Made by a program: the position numbers and the translations under genes. From an uncultured delta proteobacterium (lineage in GTDB: Bacteria > Desulfobacterota > Desulfomonilia > UBA1062), in contig CAWCTR010000014.1 in NCBI GenBank assembly GCA_963798485.1, forward strand, positions 96,001-160,000: 64,000 nt of DNA, read 5' to 3'. The notes under the pieces were generated by a model. That model worked only from the letters and a program-made list of their open reading frames with translations. It did no database searches and was not told the origin of the DNA. Below are positions 30,634-40,834 of this stretch, piece after piece. The first letter of the stretch is position 1. Every line of letters begins with the position of its first letter.

Positions 30634-32397
30634 ATGACCCAGATCAAAATACTTTCTCAGGACCTCATTAACCAGATCGCTGCGGGCGAGGTCATTGAAC
30701 GGCCGGCATCCGTGGTGAAGGAATTAGTGGAGAATGCTATTGATGCCGGGGCTAAGGGCATATCCGTGGAGATGGAGGGCAATGGCCTGGAGCTCATCCG
30801 GGTTTCGGATGATGGCAACGGGATGGACGAGGAAGGGCTGGAGCTTGCCATGAAGCGTCATGCCACGAGCAAGATCAGCACGGTGGACGATCTCTTCGCA
30901 ATCCGAACGCTCGGCTTCAGGGGAGAAGCCCTGCCGAGTATCCTGTCTGTGAGCAGGTCTGTAATATCCACAAGAATGCATTCATCACCCTATGGATATT
31001 CTGTTGAGATGGAAGCAGGTTCCATTACCAGGCGCACCAAGAAAGGTATTCCCCCAGGGACCATCGTGGAGGTGGCTGACCTTTTCTTCAATACCCCTGC
31101 ACGCAGGAAGTTCCTTAAGACAGCGGCCACGGAGCAGAGAAACGTCATCGATGTGGTCTCGCGCTATGCACTGGCCTACCCGCTTATACGTTTTGTCCTC
31201 GAGATCAATAACAGGGCAGTCCTGAGCCTCCCTGCCCAGTCAAGCCTGCAGGACCGTGCATCGAATATACTCGGCACCAAGCTCTCAGCAAGCCTCATCC
31301 CGTTTAGGCGGGAACTCCCCGGTATTACCATACATGGGCTTATGGCTATGCCTAATGAGACGCGTCAGAACCGCTCCGGTATCCATGCGTATGTGAACAA
31401 CCGTTCTGTCAGGGATGTACTGCTGAGTTCTGCTGTTATTGAAGGTTACAGCGGCATGCTCATGAAGGGTAGATACCCCATAGCAGTGCTCTTTATTGAG
31501 GTGGACCCGGCTGAGGTGGATGTGAACGTACACCCTGCAAAGGCGGAGGTGAGGTTCATGCATGCCTCTGCTGTGTTCGGTATAGTGGCAAAAACCATGA
31601 AGGAGACGCTGGTGCCCAGAAGGATGGACGATGCAGATTATACTGAGATTACCACGCCGCCTCCGGCTGCTCGTAATAACAAAACATTGTATACATCCTC
31701 TGAGGTACGTGAAGGTATGTCGGTTGTGTATGGCCCCAAAGCGCTGGCCCGGATGGAGGCAGGCAGCCTCTTTAACGAACCTTCCCAGCCGGATCGGGCT
31801 GCATTCACCTATTCCGACAAGGCCATTATCGGCATACTGCATGCCACCTATGTCCTGCTCCAGGATGACTCGGCGCTGTATATACTTGACCAGCACGCCG
31901 CCCACGAGCGGATAACCTACGCGCGGCTTATGGCCCTGCACTCAAAAGGCCCTATGAGCACCCAGCTATTGTTGAGCCCCATGATCATGGAGCTAAGCCC
32001 ACAGGAATTCAACGCCTTTGAGGAGGTTTCCGGGCAGATCCAGGCAATAGGCATTGACTGCGAGCCCTTTGGGGACAATACCATCTCCATCCGAGCAGTG
32101 CCGGACCCTTTGAGTGAGGCTGATATCAAGGGTGCGGTTTACGGCCTCATCCATGCGCTCATGGATGGCGAACTTCCCGCCCACAGGCCCGGGAATGACC
32201 GCTTCAGCTCTGTGATCGCCACCATTGCCTGCCATGCAAGCGTACGCGCAGGCAAGACACTTACCCTGCCCGAAGCCGTAAACCTGCTAGGCGAGCTTGA
32301 CAATATAGGCGCACCAATCACTTGCCCGCACGGCAGGCCTTTATTCAAGAAGATCACAAGAGAAGAGATCGAACGATGGATAGGCAGGAGGGCCTGA
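30634..32397 (+). CDS. mutL: DNA mismatch repair endonuclease MutL
   Basis: IAAGEVIERPASVVKELVEN, GFRGEAL, DQHAAHER, ACH, CPHGRP. Confidence 0.97.
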   Translation: MTQIKILSQDLINQIAAGEVIERPASVVKELVENAIDAGAKGISVEMEGNGLELIRVSDDGNGMDEEGLELAMKRHATSKISTVDDLFAIRTLGFRGEALPSILSVSRSVISTRMHSSPYGYSVEMEAGSITRRTKKGIPPGTIVEVADLFFNTPARRKFLKTAATEQRNVIDVVSRYALAYPLIRFVLEINNRAVLSLPAQSSLQDRASNILGTKLSASLIPFRRELPGITIHGLMAMPNETRQNRSGIHAYVNNRSVRDVLLSSAVIEGYSGMLMKGRYPIAVLFIEVDPAEVDVNVHPAKAEVRFMHASAVFGIVAKTMKETLVPRRMDDADYTEITTPPPAARNNKTLYTSSEVREGMSVVYGPKALARMEAGSLFNEPSQPDRAAFTYSDKAIIGILHATYVLLQDDSALYILDQHAAHERITYARLMALHSKGPMSTQLLLSPMIMELSPQEFNAFEEVSGQIQAIGIDCEPFGDNTISIRAVPDPLSEADIKGAVYGLIHALMDGELPAHRPGNDRFSSVIATIACHASVRAGKTLTLPEAVNLLGELDNIGAPITCPHGRPLFKKITREEIERWIGRRA

Positions 32398-33305
32398 TCG
32401 TCATCACCGGGCCCACCGGTTCGGGCAAGACGGCCCTTACGCTCGAGCTTGCCCATCAGCATGCCATTGAGGTGATCTCCGCCGATTCCATGCAGGTCTA
32501 TCGTCATATGGACATCGCAACTGCCAAACCAAGCCCGGAAGAGCGTGCTGTGGTCGCCCACCACCTCATCGACGAGGTTGACCCTGACCAGGAATTCCAG
32601 GCAGCCATGTTTATGCACATGGCATGGGACAGAATCGCCGAGGTGAAGGCGAGAGGGAAGATACCAATAGTGGTCGGGGGAACCGGACTCTATATCAAGG
32701 CACTCATATACGGCCTGGCCCCTGCTCCAGCCCGAGTTGATAAGGTGAGGAAGGCCTTGAGATCGATCATTGACCGCAAAGGCATTCACTATCTGGAAGC
32801 AATGCTCATGAGGCTGGACCCTGATGCGGCATCCGCGATCAGGAAGAACGATGCGGTAAGGGTCATACGATCCCTGGAGATCATCTTTCTGAGCGGGCGC
32901 AAGACGAGCAGCCTCTATGCAAATCATGGCTTTCAAAGGCCTTTGTTCAATGCGCGGATCGCCTGCATTATGCCTGAGCGTGACCTGCTCTTCAGAGAAA
33001 TCGATACAAGGACAATGAAGATGATGGACAACGGCCTGCTTGATGAGACGGAGAGGCTTCTTGAATTGGGCTACAAACCTGAGCTGCGTTCCATGCAGAC
33101 CCTTGGATACAAACATGTGATCAGGCATCTGAACGCCGAGATAGACTTGACTGAGACAATCCGCCTGATCCAGCGTGATACGAGACGATATGCAAAGCGC
33201 CAGCTCACGTGGATGAAGGCCAGGCAGGACCACATATTTCTCGATTCAATCGATCAAACCTATAAAGCGGTATCTTCCTGGCTGGATGAACAAAACAAAA
33301 TTTGA
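32376..33305 (+). CDS. miaA: tRNA dimethylallyltransferase
   Basis: GPTGSGKT, SADSMQVYR, VGGTGLY, TRRYAKRQLTW. Start moved to ATG 32376. Confidence 0.96.
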   Translation: MDRQEGLIVITGPTGSGKTALTLELAHQHAIEVISADSMQVYRHMDIATAKPSPEERAVVAHHLIDEVDPDQEFQAAMFMHMAWDRIAEVKARGKIPIVVGGTGLYIKALIYGLAPAPARVDKVRKALRSIIDRKGIHYLEAMLMRLDPDAASAIRKNDAVRVIRSLEIIFLSGRKTSSLYANHGFQRPLFNARIACIMPERDLLFREIDTRTMKMMDNGLLDETERLLELGYKPELRSMQTLGYKHVIRHLNAEIDLTETIRLIQRDTRRYAKRQLTWMKARQDHIFLDSIDQTYKAVSSWLDEQNKI

Positions 33306-33376
33306 AGAGAAATATCCCCTCCATAGACTTCACTAACTTATGGCCTATCTCTACAAGCTTATGTTAAACAAGCCTT

Positions 33377-34144
33377 GTGTCATATACATCCAAACGATTT
33401 TTGGAGAGACGGCTGAGGAAAAAGGTAGGCCAGGCCATACACGACTACCGGATGATCGAGCCGGGCGACAAGGTGCTTGTGGCCATCTCCGGGGGTAAGG
33501 ACTCCATTGTCATGATGAAGATCCTTGTAGCCCTGAGGGAGGCTGCCCCTCTTGAGTTCGAGCTTATACCGGTGCATGTGAAGACCGGGTATGACGTGGG
33601 TTTTGAGCGGGTATCTGCCTGGATACAGGAGAATTTAGGATATGAGGTGCTGGTCTGTGACGGGTATATTTCCCAGATCATGGAGGCTGTTTCAGACCCG
33701 GAGAAGAGCCCGTGCGCACTTTGCTCCAGGCTCAGGAGGGGCAAGCTTTATGGACTGGCTGAAGAAATAGGGGTTACGTCCATTGCACTGGGGCACCACA
33801 TGGATGACATCATCGAAACATTTCTTTTACGATGCTTCTACACGGGTCAGTTAGGCGCTATGGCGCCGGCACGAAGTTCGGATGATGGAAAGAACAGGAT
33901 CATAAGGCCCCTGGCCTACTGCACCACCGAGCTCATCACCGCTTATTATGCGCATCTTGAGATTGAGCCGGTTGAGATAAGGTGCCCCATCAGGCCTGAC
34001 AGTAAACGGGGGCTTATCAGGGACTTTATAAAAAGGATTGAAAATGATATACCTTCCGTTAAACATTCAATGTTTGCAGCCTTGGGGAATATCGATATGA
34101 AGAGTTTGTGCATCAAGGAGAAAACCGATGCGGATCGAAATTGA
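33377..34144 (+). CDS. ttcA: tRNA 2-thiocytidine biosynthesis protein
   Basis: SGGKDS, CALCSRLRRG, GHHMDD, IRPL. Confidence 0.85.
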   Translation: MSYTSKRFLERRLRKKVGQAIHDYRMIEPGDKVLVAISGGKDSIVMMKILVALREAAPLEFELIPVHVKTGYDVGFERVSAWIQENLGYEVLVCDGYISQIMEAVSDPEKSPCALCSRLRRGKLYGLAEEIGVTSIALGHHMDDIIETFLLRCFYTGQLGAMAPARSSDDGKNRIIRPLAYCTTELITAYYAHLEIEPVEIRCPIRPDSKRGLIRDFIKRIENDIPSVKHSMFAALGNIDMKSLCIKEKTDADRN

Positions 34145-34736
34145 TCCGTTCAGACCGAAACCCCGCGCAGTGTCCCAGGTGGCGGATATCCTGACAAAGG
34201 GTGGAATAATCGTATATCCTACGGATACGGTCTATGGACTCGGCTGCTTGATCACCAACAAACAGGGGATCGATAAGATCAACAAGATCAAGACATCAAA
34301 GAAACCCAAGAGCATCATGTTCTCCGATATCAAGGAGATCAGCCAATACGCCAAGGTGAGCAATGAGGCATTCAGGCTCATGCGGCTGCTGCTTCCGGGT
34401 CCCTATACCTTCATCCTGCCCGCTACCCGCCTTGTGCCGCGCCTGTTACAGAGGGACCGCAAGGCCGTGGGTGTCCGGATACCGGAGCACTGGTTCTGTA
34501 AATCCATTATCGAGATGGTGGGTGAACCCATCATCACGACGAGCATCCCGCTCTCGGACGAGCGGATCCACGTCGACCCTTTGGAGATCGAGGAACAATT
34601 CGGGCACATGGTGGATATTATCGTGGACAGTGGGATCCTGCCTGACATACCATCCACGATTCTCTCCCTGGAGACCGACACCATGGAGATCATCAGGCGC
34701 GGGCTCGGCTCCATTGATATGTTTGAGGTAGCTTGA
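34128..34736 (+). CDS. Sua5/YrdC/YciO family protein (YciO-like)
   Basis: YPTDTVYGLGC, LPGPYTFIL, VGVRIP. Confidence 0.85.
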   Translation: MRIEIDPFRPKPRAVSQVADILTKGGIIVYPTDTVYGLGCLITNKQGIDKINKIKTSKKPKSIMFSDIKEISQYAKVSNEAFRLMRLLLPGPYTFILPATRLVPRLLQRDRKAVGVRIPEHWFCKSIIEMVGEPIITTSIPLSDERIHVDPLEIEEQFGHMVDIIVDSGILPDIPSTILSLETDTMEIIRRGLGSIDMFEVA

Positions 34737-34737
34737 T

Positions 34738-36195
34738 ATGAAGAAGATGCTTATTAATGCCATCCACACGGAAGAGATAAGGGTGGCTGTTGTTGATGAA
34801 GGAATTCTCAAGGAATTTTATATGGAGAGCGCCCTGAAGGAGCAACTTAAGGGTAATATCTATAAGGCCAGGATCTCAAAGATCGAACACAGCCTGAACG
34901 CAGTGTTTGTTGATTACGGCCGGGAGAAGCATGGTCTTCTCTCAGCCGGCGATATCAACCCTTCCCTCATCCCAGGCCTGAATATCGAGAGAAATGTCAT
35001 GCATTCCCTGCACAAGGGCCTCGAGATCCTTGTCCAGGTGATCCGAGAGGAAAAGACGGCCAAGGGTGCCTTGCTCACCATGAATATTTCCCTGCCGGGC
35101 CGGTTCCTCGTGCTCCTGCCCCATCAGGACCTGGCCGGGATCTCCAGAAAGATCGAGGATGAGAAGCAGCGCAAACGGCTGCGCGAGATTATCGAACAGC
35201 TCAAGCCGCCTGAGAACATGGGCATCATCGTGAGGACGGCCGGTATGGACAAGACCAAGGCCGAACTCTCCCGGGACATGACATACATGATCAGGCTGTG
35301 GAAGAGCATCGAGGAGCAATTCAACAAGGCCTCATGCCCGAGCTCCATATACAAAGAGGGTGACATCATTATCCGTACCATAAGGGATTACCTGAATACG
35401 GATACTACCGAGATCCTTATCGACGACGATGAGACTCTCAAGCGGGCAGCACTTTTCATGAAGGCCGTCATGCCCAGGCAGAAACGGATCATCAAGCCCT
35501 ATAAACAGAACAAGCCTCTGTTCACCAAATACGAGCTCGAGCAGCAGATTGAGGGTATATTCAACAAGAAGGTAAAACTGAAGTCCGGCGGCACCATAAT
35601 CATCGAGCCCACCGAGGCTATGGTGGTTATTGATGTTAACTCCGGCCAGTCTACACTTGGTAAATCCATCGAGGAGACTGCCTTTGAGACGAACAGGGAG
35701 GCTGCTGCTGAAATAGCCAGCCAGCTTATACTGCGAGGCCTGGGCGGGCTCATTGTCATTGACTTTATTGACATGCGCTCCAAGGAAAATATCCGGGGCG
35801 TTGAGAAGGCCCTACGCGATGGGCTGAAGAATGACCGGGCCCACCTGGTTATCGGAAAGATCTCGAAGTTCGGCATCCTGGAGCTTTCCCGCGAGAGGCT
35901 CTCACCCCCCTTGCTGGAAAAGAGCCATGTGAAATGTCCGATCTGTGAAGGTGCCGGGCTGATAAGATCGGTTGAATCCTCGGCCTTCATGTTACTTCGC
36001 GAGATACAGCTTTACCTTTCCCGGAATAAGGTTGCAAAGATCAGGGTGGACATACCCGAGGAAGTCGGCATGTATGTTCTCAATCAGCAGAAGAAACACC
36101 TCATGCGCCTTGAACAGGAGTTTGCTGTGGAGATCTTTGTTCGTACGAATGACAGTCTCACGAGAGGTCAGATTGCTATTGAGCCTGCGGATTGA
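34738..36195 (+). CDS. Ribonuclease E/G family
   Basis: KGNIY, FVDYG..KHG, KGALLT..SLPGR, IDVNSG, GGLIVIDFIDM, CPICEG. Confidence 0.93.
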   Translation: MKKMLINAIHTEEIRVAVVDEGILKEFYMESALKEQLKGNIYKARISKIEHSLNAVFVDYGREKHGLLSAGDINPSLIPGLNIERNVMHSLHKGLEILVQVIREEKTAKGALLTMNISLPGRFLVLLPHQDLAGISRKIEDEKQRKRLREIIEQLKPPENMGIIVRTAGMDKTKAELSRDMTYMIRLWKSIEEQFNKASCPSSIYKEGDIIIRTIRDYLNTDTTEILIDDDETLKRAALFMKAVMPRQKRIIKPYKQNKPLFTKYELEQQIEGIFNKKVKLKSGGTIIIEPTEAMVVIDVNSGQSTLGKSIEETAFETNREAAAEIASQLILRGLGGLIVIDFIDMRSKENIRGVEKALRDGLKNDRAHLVIGKISKFGILELSRERLSPPLLEKSHVKCPICEGAGLIRSVESSAFMLLREIQLYLSRNKVAKIRVDIPEEVGMYVLNQQKKHLMRLEQEFAVEIFVRTNDSLTRGQIAIEPAD

Positions 36196-36263
36196 AGCAT
36201 AAAGGGGGAGATGCCCATCACCGCATGCCTTCAATCATTTCATAATGAACGTATAAGCAATCT

Positions 36264-37256
36264 TCATATAAACAAATTTATAAGGAAAGCCACATAAAGG
36301 AGCCCCCCTACAAGGAGCACAAAAGGGTTGAGCTTTTTAAAGACAGTAACCCAGCACAGTACCAGCAGTGATGACGCAAAGGCCAGCATGGCCGAGAGCA
36401 TGGTCGTACCGGCAAGGTTCCATGGGGTAAAGATAATGCCGAAGACTACCGGGAAACAGCTCTGGAAGACCATGGCGCCGGTGATGTTCCCGATAGCCAG
36501 CGTGTCCTTGCCTCTGCCGATCCAGATGATGGAGTTCATCTTCTCTGGTAGCTCGGTGGCAATGGGTGTGATGATGATGGACAGAATGAGCGGGGCCACG
36601 CCAAAGGCCAGGGAGAGCTTTTCCACATACCCGATGAACAGGTGTGAGCCCACTATCATGAGAAGCAGGCCCAGCAGGACCTGTATCGAGATCCACAAGA
36701 GGTCTTCCGGGAGCCTGAGGAACCGTGATAGGTAAAGCTCCCCGACTGTATCATTGAGTTCGGAGTCTGAATCTATGGTGAGCTTGAGATAAAAGATATA
36801 GGAAAGCATCAGCATAACCGCTATGACGATACGCATTATATGATTGTTGACAAAGGTGGTAAGCACTGCCATGCCGTATATTATGAGGAAGAAGGACAGG
36901 TCCTTGCGCACAAGGGAGGGGTCGGCGTTCATGGTGATGGTCCGCTTGCCCAGGGCTGAATAGACAAGGACAGCCGTCCCTGTAACAAAGAATGCCAGGG
37001 TCCCCAGCATGAACGGGGCGCCGGCAATTGCCCCGATGCCGATATCATGTGAGCTCTGCGTGTTTGTGATGATGATGGCCATGATAGGAATGATTGTCTC
37101 AGGCAGGGCCGTTCCTATAGCCGCAAGGACACTGCCGATGATGCCCTGATGGAGATTGAGCTTCTCCCCGGCCTGCTCCACCGCGTTGACAAAGATGTAG
37201 CATGAAAGCAGGATCAGGCCGAGGCTAAAGGCTGTCATAAGAATGGCGGATATCAT
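36264..37256 (-). CDS. Sodium:calcium (CaCA) antiporter family
   Basis: Two alpha repeats GTALPE and ATELPE, GNITG; highly hydrophobic. Confidence 0.85.
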   Translation of the reverse strand: MISAILMTAFSLGLILLSCYIFVNAVEQAGEKLNLHQGIIGSVLAAIGTALPETIIPIMAIIITNTQSSHDIGIGAIAGAPFMLGTLAFFVTGTAVLVYSALGKRTITMNADPSLVRKDLSFFLIIYGMAVLTTFVNNHIMRIVIAVMLMLSYIFYLKLTIDSDSELNDTVGELYLSRFLRLPEDLLWISIQVLLGLLLMIVGSHLFIGYVEKLSLAFGVAPLILSIIITPIATELPEKMNSIIWIGRGKDTLAIGNITGAMVFQSCFPVVFGIIFTPWNLAGTTMLSAMLAFASSLLVLCWVTVFKKLNPFVLLVGGLLYVAFLINLFI

Positions 37257-37337
37257 GAATGATTATCTCCGGGAATATTCATGCATCGATTACCACAGAA
37301 AGCCTAGAGAGTCTATTATAGTTGCAAAGGGATCTTT

Positions 37338-38219
37338 ATGGAAAAAGGCAGACCGGCATTGAATCTCGAAGAGCAGCTCGCCACGGGTATGGCAATCCTG
37401 ATCAATCTGCTCATCGCAGTGTTCTTCCAATGGAGCCGGGCCTGGGATCTGTTCCTGATCAATTGCCTCATCATCCTTGGCATCGGCGCCATAAGCCTTG
37501 CACAGAAACGCTCGCAGCATATATTGATGCATTATGTGAGAGACTGGTATGTTGTTGCGCTCCTCTTGATCATCTATCTGGAAAACCGAAGGCTCATTCC
37601 TCTTATCAACCCCCATGACCTCGATCTTTTCCTTATCGAAACAGATAGGCTCATGTTTTTCGGCCATAACCCGACCATTCTTCTGGAGAAGATCACCTGT
37701 CCTATCCTGACTGAGGTGTTTCAGATAATCTATGCGAGCTTTTACTTCCTCCCTTTAAGCCTGTGCCTCATCCTTTACAGAAAAGAGACACCCATAAAAT
37801 TCCATAGTGCGGCATCAACTATTCTCATGGGTTTTTATCTCTCCTTTATCGGTTACTACCTGACACCCGCCATCGGTCCGCGCTTCACCCTTGCAAACCA
37901 GCAGGCCTTCCCCCTTTCAGGTTTATTTCTGTTCGAAGTATTACAGCACATTATCGCTCAGATAGAAGGGGTGATGAGGGATTGCTGCCCGAGCGGCCAT
38001 GCACTGGTATCCGTTTTGACCATGTTCCTTGCCAGGCATTCTGCAAGGGGCTTTTACCCTGTGGCCTTTCTATGGGCGGCCCTCATTATCTTCTCCACGG
38101 TTTACCTGCGCTACCACTATGTCACGGATCTTATTATCGGAGTAAGCCTTGGGTTTGCAGTGTACCACTGGGGCGAGCCCATGGCCCGGGCAACCATCAC
38201 ACGCAACAGCAGGACATAA
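37338..38219 (+). CDS. PAP2_3 / Aur1-like membrane phosphotransferase
   Basis: YYLTPAIGPR, DCCPSGH, STVYLRYHYVTDL. Confidence 0.75.
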   Translation: MEKGRPALNLEEQLATGMAILINLLIAVFFQWSRAWDLFLINCLIILGIGAISLAQKRSQHILMHYVRDWYVVALLLIIYLENRRLIPLINPHDLDLFLIETDRLMFFGHNPTILLEKITCPILTEVFQIIYASFYFLPLSLCLILYRKETPIKFHSAASTILMGFYLSFIGYYLTPAIGPRFTLANQQAFPLSGLFLFEVLQHIIAQIEGVMRDCCPSGHALVSVLTMFLARHSARGFYPVAFLWAALIIFSTVYLRYHYVTDLIIGVSLGFAVYHWGEPMARATITRNSRT

Positions 38220-38247
38220 ACCGGCCTGCGGATAAACACCCACGAAG

Positions 38248-39375
38248 TCAGGGAATAGGTCGTTCATAGATGCGATAGGTTTTGTAGTGCTCAGGGGTGA
38301 GCGGTTGCAGTGCATGGATCATCTTTGTATTGGTCTCGGCAATGAGCGAGCAGTCCGACTCCCAGATATCCGAGACAAGCCCTTGTTCAATGGCCTTCAG
38401 ATAAAAAATGTCATCGATGTGCTGACCGCGGTATTCCGGAAGCACCCCCATGATGACGGTCCTTACCCTCTTGGTTTTCTTAGCCTCTCTCATGAACTTC
38501 AAGATCCGCCATGGGTAGAGCCTTCCGTTTAAGATCCTCAATGCCGGATTGATGTCTGGTATGGTGATAATGAAGCCTATGGTCTTACCATCCTTTTCAG
38601 CAAATATTGCAAGTTCCGGGATGATAAATAATCTCAACTCATGAAAGATCATCTCCATCTGCTTATCCGTTAGCGGAAGATGCCCCCAGTTTCCTTCCCA
38701 TGCGGCATTGAAGACATGCTGCACATCTTTCACCCTTCTTGGCATATCCCGTTTTTCAAGTTTTTTGAATACCGCATCCGTTGTAGAGAGAAGGCCGTTC
38801 CTTACTTCATCCAGATAGGGTGCATGTTGGGCATAATTGACCCGCTTTACCAGGAAGCTGTACCAGTCGATACATTTGACAAACCCGCATGCCTCCGCAA
38901 GGTCTTTGTAGTACGGGGCAAAGTGGAAGAGACCTACAGAGGGGATGTTCTCTTCACCATAAACCTCAAAACCTATCGAGTCATAGATGGAGAAGCTCTG
39001 GGGGCCGTTCATGATCTTCTTGCCCTTGTGCTTGAGCCAGGCAGATGCCGTATCGAACAGGGCACCGGCGACCTCCGGGTCGTTGACGGACTCGAAGAAC
39101 CCGAAGAACCCGGTATCGCTGTCGTATTTCTCCTCGTAGAGGTGGTTCACATGAGCAGTAATGCGGCCTACAGGCCTGGAGCCTCTGTATGCCACAAAAT
39201 AATCCGCCTCACCGATCTCGAAGAAGTACCCCTTGTTCCTGTCGAAGAGCCTTTTCTGATCACGGATGATAGGCGGTACCCACGCCGGGTCATTCTCATA
39301 GATCCTTGCAGTCCAGGGGAGCATAATGAAGTCCTTCATCATGCCGTTGTGCTCGACCCTCTTTGCCTCGACCAT
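38248..39375 (-). CDS. YghO-like GNAT acyltransferase (bacterial ceramide synthase family)
   Basis: FIMLPW..IYENDPAWVPP, GRITA, GFFGFFE, FNAAWEGNWG, PDIN..L..LNGRL.P, MGVLPEY. Confidence 0.75.
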   Translation of the reverse strand: MVEAKRVEHNGMMKDFIMLPWTARIYENDPAWVPPIIRDQKRLFDRNKGYFFEIGEADYFVAYRGSRPVGRITAHVNHLYEEKYDSDTGFFGFFESVNDPEVAGALFDTASAWLKHKGKKIMNGPQSFSIYDSIGFEVYGEENIPSVGLFHFAPYYKDLAEACGFVKCIDWYSFLVKRVNYAQHAPYLDEVRNGLLSTTDAVFKKLEKRDMPRRVKDVQHVFNAAWEGNWGHLPLTDKQMEMIFHELRLFIIPELAIFAEKDGKTIGFIITIPDINPALRILNGRLYPWRILKFMREAKKTKRVRTVIMGVLPEYRGQHIDDIFYLKAIEQGLVSDIWESDCSLIAETNTKMIHALQPLTPEHYKTYRIYERPIP

Positions 39376-39680
39376 GACATCTCACCTCCATTGCATGATA
39401 CGAGATTGAATAAGGACAACGAAGCCAGATGCCAAGCCCATGAAGTGAATGCCGGTTGTCAGCCCTGGGTGAAAGGATCAATGGAGAGAACTATTTTGCC
39501 AGGTTCCAGACGTCAGTCTTGTTTTTATAATAAATGGTGAACAATTTTTTTTCTTTAACCAATTTGATTTTTGTTGATTGCTCATTATACCCGGGGTAGA
39601 TGACCTGAGGGCTGTCGATTTCTATCGTCTTCAGCAAGAAGCTCTAAAACAGTTCCAATCAAACGAGGATAGGCATAAAC

Positions 39681-40646
39681 ATGCGGGAATGGACAGAGAG
39701 GAAAGTCGTTATTGTCGGGGCCGGTGCTGTAGGTTCGACATTTGCGTATGCCCTTGCTCAAACCGGTATTGCTGACACTATTGTCCTTCTTGACCCAAAC
39801 CTGGATTTGATGAAAGGACAAGTCCTCGATCTTCAGCATGGATATCCTTTTGGGCCTACAATAATCATCCGTGAAGGCTCAGATGCCGATTATCACGATG
39901 CCCATGTGGTCGTGATCACCGCTGGAGCGAAACAACAACCCGGGGAATCACGATTAAACCTTCTCAAGAAAAACATCGCCATAATAGAACACATTGCCTT
40001 GGATATTGCTGCTCAAAACTCGCAGGCGGTTATTGTAGTTGTAAGCAATCCCGTGGATCTGTTGACATATGTAATGTTAAGGAAATTAGACTGGCCACGA
40101 GGCCGGGTGATCGGTTCAGGCACCTTTCTCGATAGTGCAAGGCTTCGATATCTGCTCAGTCAGCATTGCGGTATTGATGTCCATAACGTTCATGCATATA
40201 TCCTGGGAGAACACGGCGATAGTGAATTTGCCCCATGGTCTATGGCCCATATTGCCGGTATGCCGATTGATCAATACTGCCTACTCTGCAACAAGTGTAA
40301 TGATTTTAAAAAAGAACAGCAGCAGATCGAAGATGAAGTCAGGGATTCTGCCTACCATATCATTGATTATAAAGGATCCACCAATTTTGCCATCGGGTTA
40401 GCACTGGTTCAGATTGTTGCTGCAATAATACGAAATCAACACAGCGTACTGACTGTCTCCACACTCCTGAATGGGGAATATGGGCTTCATGATATCTGTA
40501 TAAGCATTCCTTGCATACTCTCTCAGTATGGGGTTGAACAAATTATCGAGGAGAGGCTTACCGAGAATGAATTGAAGGCATTAGTCCGCTCAGCAGATGT
40601 TTTACGAAAGGTATATGAAGAAGTGCACGTTAAGGTACATTCATAG
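39681..40646 (+). CDS. ldh: L-lactate dehydrogenase
   Basis: GAGAVG, AGAKQQPGESRLNL (Gln specificity residue), NPVD, LDSAR, GEHGDS. Confidence 0.9.
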   Translation: MREWTERKVVIVGAGAVGSTFAYALAQTGIADTIVLLDPNLDLMKGQVLDLQHGYPFGPTIIIREGSDADYHDAHVVVITAGAKQQPGESRLNLLKKNIAIIEHIALDIAAQNSQAVIVVVSNPVDLLTYVMLRKLDWPRGRVIGSGTFLDSARLRYLLSQHCGIDVHNVHAYILGEHGDSEFAPWSMAHIAGMPIDQYCLLCNKCNDFKKEQQQIEDEVRDSAYHIIDYKGSTNFAIGLALVQIVAAIIRNQHSVLTVSTLLNGEYGLHDICISIPCILSQYGVEQIIEERLTENELKALVRSADVLRKVYEEVHVKVHS

Positions 40647-40762
40647 TAACCGTCACTTTATCGAAGTAATATACACCCAGAGAAAATCATGGATGGCCCA
40701 ATTTTCCTCCCGTGTAAAAGTATTATGACAGATTCAGTAAAAAAAAATTTATTCAGGAAAAG

Positions 40763-40821
40763 ACAAAGCTCCGCCTCTGAAGTTTGGTGTTCCGCATCAA
40801 ACTTCAGAGGCGGAGCTTTGT
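40763..40821. terminator. Long perfect hairpin between convergent ldh and HMG-CoA reductase genes
   Basis: 24-bp perfect arms ACAAAGCTCCGCCTCTGAAGTTTG / CAAACTTCAGAGGCGGAGCTTTGT around an 11-nt centre. Confidence 0.7.
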
Positions 40822-40834
40822 GTATGTTGTTAAA

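Noticed and set aside
32139-33233. 364-aa minus-strand ORF
   Set aside because: Antisense to mutL and miaA.
38680-39540. 286-aa plus-strand ORF
   Set aside because: Antisense to the YghO-like gene.
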